64,000 nucleotides of DNA, taken from positions 868,001-932,000 of the forward strand of contig JAWMAR010000079.1 in assembly GCA_036785375.1 (NCBI GenBank). Reading direction: 5' to 3'. A model generated the notes under the pieces. That model saw only the letters and a program-made list of their open reading frames with translations. It was not told where the DNA came from and ran no database searches. The position numbers were made by a program, and so were the translations under genes. This stretch comes from Leucoraja ocellata. Lineage: Eukaryota. Each line of letters starts with the position of its first letter. The first letter of the stretch is position 1. Below are positions 61,101-64,000 of this stretch, piece by piece.

Positions 61101-63584
61101 TTCTAAAGGAACTGCAACCAAATTATTGTTTTTGTAATCAAACCGTTTAGTTTAGCATAGTTTATTATTGTCATGTCTACCAAGATGCAATGAATAGCTT
61201 GTTCTCTTTACTATCCAGTCATAACACGCTATATTTGCATAGAATCATTAACAAGTAAAAGAATGAAATGACTCCAAGCAGGTCCTTTTCTGAAACAGCA
61301 CACAAATAATTTTCCCCAGAATTTCTTTAATTTTTCCAGCAGTTCTGGTTTTGTAATATGAACAGCAGAATTCCCCAGTGGCTGCAGCTCAAATCCTTTG
61401 GATCAGCTTAAGGAATTTCAATGAACATAAAAATGGATAATATTTGAAGTCTTTGTATACTGAAATAGAAAACTTCATCAAATATGACTGATAATACAGG
61501 AAAGGTCATTAAACGAGCAGTTAAGTGCAGGTTCACAGTTGAGAAATATGGGATGTTTGTAATAAGAAATACCATGACAACATTTGATTCTTAATAGAAA
61601 CTGGAGCTATTGGAAGCAGTGCAACTATAATGATAGCAGGAGGTAGAATTCTCATGTTTGGGAATTCTAGGATATGGAGTCCTGAATCAAAAGACGTCTA
61701 TTAGTGAGTAAGGAAGAACGATGACAGGTAAATAAATGTAGAGATAAGGCAAACATGGCCATTGAGGGTTTTAAGCACAAGTACAATGATGTTTAATTTC
61801 AAGCAAAGGGAGACCTGGGGCAAAACATGGAGCAGGATGGGACATATTTTGGAAGCAGAATTTTGGATGAACCAATATATCTGTATAAAGTAAAAACAAA
61901 ACTGGCGAGGGATTATCTATTATATTGACAAACAAATAAAAATGCACGCAGGATTCTGACATGAACATCAAAAAGCAGAAACTATATTGTTTAAAAGCAG
62001 ATTAGATATTCTGAAAAGGAATATATAAAGGGCGAGGAAAAGACAGAAAATGAAATTGGAGAAGAGGGCATGGCACTATTTATAATAAATGCTTCATTTT
62101 GTGACTGTTTCAATGAGCCTATGAATTACAGTTTTACTAATCAATAAGGACATACTCTAAACAAAAGATATATATGTGACTACATGTAAATATTTGTCAG
62201 TAATTTATAAAGCAGCCTATAAACAATTCCAATAAATCTAAACATTACTGAAAACAGAGGACCTTCAATCTTGCAGTGGTGTAAATGGATCCTTTCCAAC
62301 ATATATTGGGAATGAGCTAAACCTCAGTTCGCTTGCCTGTCATTTTTGCTAAATTCAGTTGATCATTGAACAGCATAATTAATATTAAAACAAAATGGAA
62401 TAGGCTTTTTATAAAGAAAGCTCAATTAATTGAGACTTCCTTACATTTGTCAAATGCTGAGCACAAACACCATAATGCATTACACCACTCATGGTGACAA
62501 AACTCTCCTTCCTTACTCCAAACATCATAAATTCTGAATAAGGTAATATTTTCTAAAAAAGCCTTTTAATAAGTTTCCCACTATAATTGCTGTGAAATGC
62601 TGATTGATAATATTGCTCCAAGGTACCCTGGGGTATTTTACTGCATTAAAGTAAGTTATGAAATTGCTATACAATTTTAATCTTTGAAGAGGTTTGAGTT
62701 TTAAAACCCATGAAACTGAAGCAATTTATTGGAAAGTGTAAATTTAATAGAATTCTTTGAGGAATCAAACACCATCAATAAAAAGCTTTCTTACTTAAGG
62801 GCCTGTCCCACTTTCATGACCTAATTCACGACCTTTTTTACTCGTGGACCTTTTTCATCATGCTAGAAAAAACGCTCTGACCTGCTTGATGCCACGAGTA
62901 CCTACGACTAGCATCACGACCTACATACGACCTCCCACGACCATGCTGCGAGTATGAGTCAAAGGCAAACTCGGCAGATGTCGTGAATTAGGTCGTGAAA
63001 GTGGGACAGGCCCTTAACTCAGTTATTGGAAAACAAATACGCTTGCTGATGAACCAGTGTGAGATTCGGTTAGCATCTGGCAGGCTGCGAAATATTGTGG
63101 TATATGCAGATTCAATTTGCAATTATACATGCAATTAACTCCAAAGAGCATCCATGATAAGATCATAGTAATGATTGATCTCAAACAGGTGAGGAACCCT
63201 GAGGGCAGTGACTCAAATGCGTTTTGATCCTCAGTGGTCATGCTATATGATACATGGTACAAAATGAGGTATGAGTAACTTTTTTAAGGACACAATCAGT
63301 ATAAAACATATATTTCACCATACATCATTTTTTATTCCCTGCATTTGAATGGAGTGATTGGGTATAAATGACAGCCTACTGTATGTAATCTATTCAGTAT
63401 AATCCATAGGCTACTCAAAGCGTCTCACCTCCTGGCTGCATCAGAAGCTCCTGGATTTGTTTGTTGAGAAAAGTCAACGTAAGGTTCAGAAGTTGTTCAG
63501 AGAACTGCCTGCTCTGAGTTTCAGAGTCGTGCTCCTTGATAGCTGAACACAGCAAGTCCAAAGCTGGCTTAATTTCCTCAATGT
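916..63584 (-). CDS. SPG11: Spatacsin, partial multi-exon gene (24 internal exons, about human exons 9-32; both ends outside the window)
   Basis: Manually spliced GT-AG exons join in one frame (4494 nt). Recognisable spatacsin peptides include [75 protein letters not shown] and [18 protein letters not shown]. Confidence 0.97.
1535..1885. mobile_element. Old PLE-derived fold-back element with decayed hammerhead-like motifs
   Basis: Opposed arms (acagaatatgctggaaaaat... / ...ttccacagatgct); cagtt-ctgatga-aggacct-gaaa-tgtt-agctg at 1778-1809. Confidence 0.65.
2866..3014 (-). CDS. SPG11: SPG11 exon (~ex31), 149 nt, [49 protein letters not shown]
   Basis: Acceptor ctgacag after a pyrimidine tract (an in-frame alternative starts at 3002), donor AAG|gtactg; HGK.YC.Q.L.LY.L.K motif. 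Confidence 0.92.
3660..4290 (-). mobile_element. Ancient degenerate CR1/L2-type LINE 3' fragment
   Basis: Decayed coding-like sequence resembling the RT C-terminal region; explains the overlapping ORFs at 3683-4048. Confidence 0.45.
4682..4983 (-). mobile_element. tRNA-derived V-SINE (HE1-like), full length
   Basis: tRNA-like head with A/B boxes (tggcgcagcgg..., ggttcgatcc), V-domain gttctccccatgacctgcgtgggtttctcc, CR1-like tail with (ctaaa)n. Confidence 0.9.
5850..6050. mobile_element. Degenerate PLE-derived fold-back element
   Basis: Arm aaactgctgaagaatctcaacaag...gatctgtggagg opposed to ctccacatttgctgct...gagttcttccag. Confidence 0.6.
6134..6893 (-). CDS. SPG11: SPG11 large exon (~ex30), 760 nt, [27 protein letters not shown]...RHHRKRTPS
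   Basis: Inside ORF 5943-6893; acceptor cttcttctcttacag, donor gtaagt. Confidence 0.97.
7030..7130 (+). mobile_element. PLE-derived terminal-repeat fragment
   Basis: ggaatgggtgacgtttcgggt followed by its inverse tcacccattcc, then ttctctccagagatgctgcc. Confidence 0.75.
7485..8196. mobile_element. Non-autonomous TIR DNA transposon (GGNCCTGTCCCAC family), about 710 bp
   Basis: Left end aatgggcctgtccactgagtcgattttt is inverse to right end aaaaagcgcctaagtgggacaggtccatta; internal (CA)n. Confidence 0.75.
8748..8962 (-). CDS. SPG11: SPG11 exon (~ex29), 215 nt, [22 protein letters not shown]...[20 protein letters not shown]
   Basis: Acceptor aattag, donor GAG|gtgatg; open frame. Confidence 0.95.
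9035..9345 (-). mobile_element. LINE 3' tail (L2/Crack-like)
   Basis: AT-rich repeated tail followed by tgtccgaaaaggagcaggaagaagc..aagcttatt, typical of a LINE 3' end. Confidence 0.5.
10951..11770 (+). mobile_element. Rex1/Babar non-LTR retrotransposon, 5'-truncated, young; intact RT C-terminal ORF 10954-11625
   Basis: [45 protein letters not shown]...[12 protein letters not shown]...[11 protein letters not shown]; tail (gaatct)n. Confidence 0.92.
13423..13585 (-). CDS. SPG11: SPG11 exon (~ex28), 163 nt, [54 protein letters not shown]
   Basis: Acceptor ccacag, donor G|gtaaag; [14 protein letters not shown] motif. Confidence 0.96.
13880..14235 (+). mobile_element. Degenerate V-SINE
   Basis: gctgctgcctcac...gtggagtttgcatgtcccc...ggtttcctcccacatcccaaag. 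Confidence 0.8.
15350..15401 (+). repeat. 19-bp tandem repeat (tgtcatctgtattaatgtg), about 2.7 copies
   Basis: Direct reading. Confidence 0.9.
15420..16180 (+). mobile_element. Degenerate CR1 RT fragment spanning an assembly gap
   Basis: aaatttgcaaatgacaccagaatt (KFA.DT.I) and gcagaaaagattcacaaggatattgcctgga motifs. Confidence 0.75.
15755..16056. other. Assembly gap (N run)
   Basis: 302 N. Confidence 1.
16752..16857 (+). mobile_element. PLE-derived terminal repeat with decayed hammerhead-like core
   Basis: cagtctgaagaaggatctcaacccaaaatggcacctattcc...gagttactccagcattttgtgtctatc. Confidence 0.8.
17528..17665 (+). mobile_element. CR1/HER1 3' tail
   Basis: gatagatcagccatgattgaatggtggag...gaatggcctaactctgctcctat. 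Confidence 0.8.
18110..18800 (+). mobile_element. Degenerate Penelope-like element coding remnant
   Basis: Decayed DR.PL.LTFHP..., FCHLQ.D.TT and GIY-YIG-region-like segments. Confidence 0.6.
19315..19631. mobile_element. MITE with about 65-bp TIRs (GGCCCTGTCCCAC family)
   Basis: ggccctgtcccactttcccaagttactcacaaactctcccgagttttccccttgatttgaact is near-perfectly inverse to the right end. Confidence 0.9.
19708..19815 (-). CDS. SPG11: SPG11 exon (~ex27), 108 nt, [36 protein letters not shown]
   Basis: Acceptor tttttgaag, donor gtgagt. Confidence 0.94.
20460..20642. mobile_element. PLE-derived fold-back element containing a hammerhead-like core (20517-20550, minus)
   Basis: Inverted arms caaaatgctggagaaactc...ggcagcatgtct / agatgctgcc...ccagcattttg. 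Confidence 0.8.
20517..20550 (-). ncRNA. Putative minimal type I hammerhead ribozyme motif (PLE-type)
   Basis: Minus strand gagt CTGAGGA a GGGT ccag ACCC GAAA t GTC cc: core intact, helix I poor. Confidence 0.42.
21131..21331 (-). CDS. SPG11: SPG11 exon (~ex26), 201 nt, [18 protein letters not shown]...HEWNLHDLS...RGFQLFQK
   Basis: Acceptor tcacag, donor AAG|gtagtg; CLCVWI and RGFQLF motifs. Confidence 0.96.
21445..21830 (+). mobile_element. Degenerate CR1 3' fragment
   Basis: ggaggctgaggggcgaccttatacaggtttataaaataatg (RL.GDLI.VYKIM). Confidence 0.8.
24845..25325 (+). mobile_element. CR1/HER1 LINE 3' fragment, relatively young
   Basis: [29 protein letters not shown]...[14 protein letters not shown]; tail (ctatgttt)n. 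Confidence 0.92.
25470..26000 (+). mobile_element. Degenerate Penelope-like remnant with terminal repeat
   Basis: aatagggttcctctt...tttccgccacc segment like 18270-18370; ends ctgacgaaaggcctga...cacagatgct. Confidence 0.5.
26354..26617 (-). CDS. SPG11: SPG11 exon (~ex25), 264 nt, [23 protein letters not shown]...[12 protein letters not shown]
   Basis: Acceptor ttctatag, donor CAG|gtaggt. Confidence 0.96.
27512..27671 (-). CDS. SPG11: SPG11 exon (~ex24), 160 nt, [53 protein letters not shown]
   Basis: Acceptor ttgcag, donor GAG|gtaaaa; QFCRLH...WLQFI..QLHNY motif. Confidence 0.96.
27774..27882 (-). CDS. SPG11: SPG11 exon (~ex23), 109 nt, [35 protein letters not shown]
   Basis: Acceptor tttttcccag, donor AG|gtatca. 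Confidence 0.94.
28030..28386 (-). mobile_element. GC-rich DNA transposon fragment with a Tc2/Kanga-like terminus
   Basis: Minus strand begins ta|cgtatttcccggcgatgaaaacgcacccc, resembling CCGTATTT..CG..AAGACGCAC Tc2-type TIRs. Confidence 0.55.
28770..29550 (+). mobile_element. Degenerate CR1 RT/3' fragment
   Basis: [23 protein letters not shown]. Confidence 0.85.
30071..30279 (-). CDS. SPG11: SPG11 exon (~ex22), 209 nt, [33 protein letters not shown]...QHAL
   Basis: Acceptor attcag, donor G|gtaatt; ACV.FLELLG motif. Confidence 0.95.
30868..30978 (+). mobile_element. PLE-derived terminal repeat with CpG-decayed hammerhead-like core
   Basis: gtctgaagaagggtctcaacccaaaacatcacctattcc; internal duplication cccgctgagttac x2. 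Confidence 0.8.
31130..31555 (-). mobile_element. Degenerate Rex1/Babar-like 3' fragment
   Basis: ttattatcaca...gtacaatgaaa tail and gcttctgtacctcctgc...gagggcatggcccagatggtggga. Confidence 0.65.
32218..32383 (-). CDS. SPG11: SPG11 exon (~ex21), 166 nt, [54 protein letters not shown]
   Basis: Acceptor ccacag, donor gtaagt. Confidence 0.97.
32755..33013. mobile_element. PLE-derived fold-back element with about 60-bp inverted arms
   Basis: agatagacacaaaaagctggagtaactcagcggg...agcatctctggagagaagg inverse to 32954-33013. Confidence 0.88.
33108..33420 (-). mobile_element. V-SINE (HE1-like), full length
   Basis: (tttag)n tail, V-domain, tRNA-like head. Confidence 0.9.
34247..34313 (-). CDS. SPG11: SPG11 exon (~ex20), 67 nt, [22 protein letters not shown]
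   Basis: Acceptor ttcttatag, donor gtgagt; [13 protein letters not shown] motif. Confidence 0.96.
35985..36720 (+). mobile_element. Degenerate CR1 internal ORF2 fragment
   Basis: ctaagttgggccaattttgatggtat, aaggtaaaagagaatccaaag (K.KENPK), ttaaatgagtatttctcatcc (LNEYFSS). Confidence 0.75.
37089..37253 (-). CDS. SPG11: SPG11 exon (~ex19), 165 nt, [37 protein letters not shown]...DISLYHLLQ
   Basis: Acceptor tttctag, donor CAG|gtattc. Confidence 0.96.
38021..38166 (-). CDS. SPG11: SPG11 exon (~ex18), 146 nt, [48 protein letters not shown]
   Basis: Acceptor ctttag, donor gtgagt; highly conserved spatacsin segment. Confidence 0.97.
38315..38463 (+). mobile_element. RTE-clade LINE 3' end
   Basis: Translates [24 protein letters not shown] (RTE C-terminal Cys/His motif), then a short 3' UTR hairpin ggtcagtcatgacc. 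Confidence 0.8.
39058..39164 (-). CDS. SPG11: SPG11 exon (~ex17), 107 nt, [35 protein letters not shown]
   Basis: Acceptor tcacag, donor G|gtattc; AHPWFEFL motif. Confidence 0.95.
39443..39754 (+). mobile_element. V-SINE (HE1-like), full length
   Basis: tRNA-like head, V-domain, tail ggcctgtttccgcgctgtatctctaaa. Confidence 0.9.
40795..41690. mobile_element. PLE-derived fold-back element split by a nested insertion
   Basis: Left arm 40795-40900 and right part 41538-41690 are inverse complements. Confidence 0.82.
40901..41535 (-). mobile_element. GC-rich non-autonomous retroposon with (attgt)n tail, Rex/Babar-like 3' end
   Basis: Minus-strand 3' end gacaaataaatggtattgtattgtattgtat; related fragment at 55295-55445. 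Confidence 0.7.
42490..42650. mobile_element. PLE-derived element hosting the best-preserved hammerhead-like core
   Basis: agcgggtcaggtagcattcctggagaacatggacaggtgacatttcgggtcgggacccttcttcagactg. Confidence 0.8.
42531..42566 (-). ncRNA. Putative minimal type I hammerhead ribozyme motif (PLE-type)
   Basis: Minus strand cagt CTGAAGA a GGGT cccg ACCC GAAA t GTC acct: catalytic core intact, helix I only about 2 bp. Confidence 0.5.
43095..43610 (+). mobile_element. Degenerate CR1 3' fragment
   Basis: cagttctggttggccccattacaggaaggatgtggagcctttggagagggtgc...accagaatgctgcctgga. Confidence 0.85.
44590..44756. other. Assembly gap (N run) inside an old PLE-derived element (about 44490-45020)
   Basis: 167 N; flanks carry opposed PLE terminal-repeat arms. 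Confidence 0.95.
45335..45620 (+). mobile_element. Ancient chondrichthyan SINE fragment (second copy about 58215-58510)
   Basis: Shared gaatttaaat...tga(c/t)cat...aaaacccatct(g/a)gttcact motif in both copies. Confidence 0.65.
46854..47172 (-). mobile_element. V-SINE (HE1-like), full length
   Basis: (tttag)6 tail, V-domain, tRNA-like head. Confidence 0.9.
47645..47848 (-). CDS. SPG11: SPG11 exon (~ex16), 204 nt, [28 protein letters not shown]...LLYAYLDYY
   Basis: Acceptor aaacag after a T-rich tract, donor gtaagt. Confidence 0.95.
48310..48875 (-). mobile_element. Degenerate RTE-clade RT fragment
   Basis: [10 protein letters not shown] and EVQIIV.FFTEA motifs in ORF 48628-48858. Confidence 0.65.
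49313..49336 (+). repeat. (CAG)n/(CAA) microsatellite, intronic
   Basis: Direct reading. Confidence 0.9.
50806..51004 (-). CDS. SPG11: SPG11 exon (~ex15), 199 nt, [19 protein letters not shown]...[12 protein letters not shown]
   Basis: Acceptor acacag, donor AG|gtaaat; [12 protein letters not shown] motif. Confidence 0.93.
51598..51933. mobile_element. MITE (GGNCCTGTCCCAC family)
   Basis: agccctgtcccacaatacgagttcattcaa inverse to ttgaatgaactcgcacagtgggacaggacc; core ggacatttttcaacatgttgaaaa shared with 19315 copy. Confidence 0.88.
52719..52909 (-). CDS. SPG11: SPG11 exon (~ex14), 191 nt, [17 protein letters not shown]...[23 protein letters not shown]
   Basis: Acceptor ctttccag chosen to keep frame, donor G|gtgcgt; LNWA.WWD motif. 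Confidence 0.88.
53136..53292 (-). mobile_element. CR1/HER1 3' tail
   Basis: Inverse of the 25200-25320 tail (aataggtgcaggattaggccattcggcccttcgagcc). Confidence 0.85.
53493..53611 (-). CDS. SPG11: SPG11 exon (~ex13), 119 nt, [39 protein letters not shown]
   Basis: Acceptor ctctcctttttag, donor AG|gtaaag; phase 0 to 2. Confidence 0.92.
53941..54183 (+). mobile_element. V-SINE, internally deleted
   Basis: tRNA-like head and tail ggtgggccgaaggtgctgttt...ctaaa. Confidence 0.78.
54398..54617 (+). mobile_element. V-SINE, internally deleted
   Basis: ggcagcacaatggcacagcggtagagttgctgcctcacagc head and ctctaaagtctaaa tail. Confidence 0.8.
56085..56485 (-). mobile_element. Rex1/Babar-like 3' fragment
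   Basis: Tail ttagtttagtt..atgtcacgtgta, and ccttgattatgctgctggccttgcc (inverse of KASSIIKD). Confidence 0.75.
56680..56862 (+). mobile_element. Rex1/Babar deletion derivative
   Basis: [16 protein letters not shown] motif joined to a 3' tail tgacattaaagttgaattgaa. Confidence 0.6.
56881..56952 (-). CDS. SPG11: SPG11 exon (~ex12), 72 nt, [24 protein letters not shown]
   Basis: Acceptor ttttag, donor G|gtaggg; matches the spatacsin GFDVK..L..ICFYT...RDFL motif. Confidence 0.95.
57378..58084 (+). mobile_element. CR1/HER1 LINE 3' fragment, young
   Basis: ORF 57368-57916 [41 protein letters not shown]; tail (gttatatg)n. Confidence 0.93.
58755..58931 (-). CDS. SPG11: SPG11 exon (~ex11), 177 nt, [20 protein letters not shown]...EAKKLLRNM
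   Basis: Acceptor ttttacag, donor G|gtaatt; open frame. Confidence 0.95.
59722..60245 (+). mobile_element. CR1/HER1 3' fragment interrupted by a PLE-derived insertion
   Basis: [16 protein letters not shown]; tail resumes at 60171. Confidence 0.88.
60004..60170. mobile_element. PLE-derived fold-back element with 16-bp target-site duplication
   Basis: aagatagatcagacat at 59988-60003 and 60171-60186. Confidence 0.9.
60724..60911 (-). CDS. SPG11: SPG11 exon (~ex10), 188 nt, [27 protein letters not shown]...WNSLSTN
   Basis: Acceptor cttcag, donor gtaagt; phase consistent with both neighbours. Confidence 0.92.
62795..63017. mobile_element. MITE (GGGCCTGTCCCAC family), TTAA-flanked
   Basis: ttaagggcctgtcccactttcatgacctaattcacgac ... 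gtcgtgaattaggtcgtgaaagtgggacaggcccttaa. Confidence 0.92.
63429..63584 (-). CDS. SPG11: SPG11 exon (~ex9), 156 nt, [51 protein letters not shown]
   Basis: Acceptor ttgcag, donor G|gtgaga; phase 1 to 1. Confidence 0.95.
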
Positions 63585-63654
63585 CTGCAATAAGCAAAGA
63601 CATAATGTCTGCATAAAAACAGAAATTACTGGATACAATCTGCACATCAGGATC

Positions 63655-64000
63655 AGGTAAGGGAGGTTTTGGATAGAAAGATTGTTGGATAAAAGCCAGT
63701 GATGAAAAGACTAAAGGGGATGGGGGAAGAAATGGTGAAGGAGGGGGCGGGTTTATTGTTACCTGAAATTGGAGAATTCAATGTTCATACCGTTGAGTTG
63801 TAAGTTACCTTAGCGGAATACGAGGTTGCTGTTCCCCCAGTTTGCATGTGGCCTCACTCTGGCAATGGAGGAGACCCAGGACAGAAAGGTCAGTGTAAGA
63901 ATGGGAAGGGGTGTTAAAGTGGTTTGAAACCGGGAGATCTAGTAGACCTTGGAAGACTGAACGCAAGCATTCAGCGAAAGGGTCACCAAGTCTCTGCTTG
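63655..64000 (-). mobile_element. Penelope-like element 3' end: GIY-YIG endonuclease C-terminus (frameshifted) plus 3' UTR remnant; runs off the window
   Basis: Minus strand KQRLGDPFAECLRSVFQGLLDLPVSNHFNTPSHSYTDLSVLGLLHCQSEATCKLGEQ/LGNLQLNGMNIEFSNFR*, stop at 63759-63761. Confidence 0.88.

Overview
Eukaryotic DNA, inferred to be from a cartilaginous fish (skate/ray-like, judged from HE1/V-SINE, CR1/HER1 and Penelope repeat content). The whole window lies inside one minus-strand gene, SPG11 (spatacsin). I traced 24 consecutive GT-AG exons between 63584 and 916. They total 4494 nt, splice in one open frame, and correspond to human exons 9-32 (numbering recalled from memory). The start and stop codons lie outside the window. 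The introns are packed with repeats: V-SINEs, CR1, Rex1/Babar, RTE, Penelope-like (PLE) remnants, a MITE family with GG(C/G)CCTGTCCCAC termini and a Tc2-like end. There are two assembly gaps. The most interesting signal is a dispersed family of short PLE-derived fold-back elements carrying a minimal hammerhead-ribozyme-like core (CTGANGA-A-stem II-GAAA-(C/T)GTC). The two best-preserved cores lie in the sense orientation of the SPG11 pre-mRNA. PLE hammerheads are a known class, so novelty is limited to this lineage's variant and its context. No prokaryotic systems, CRISPR arrays, tRNA or rRNA genes are supported.
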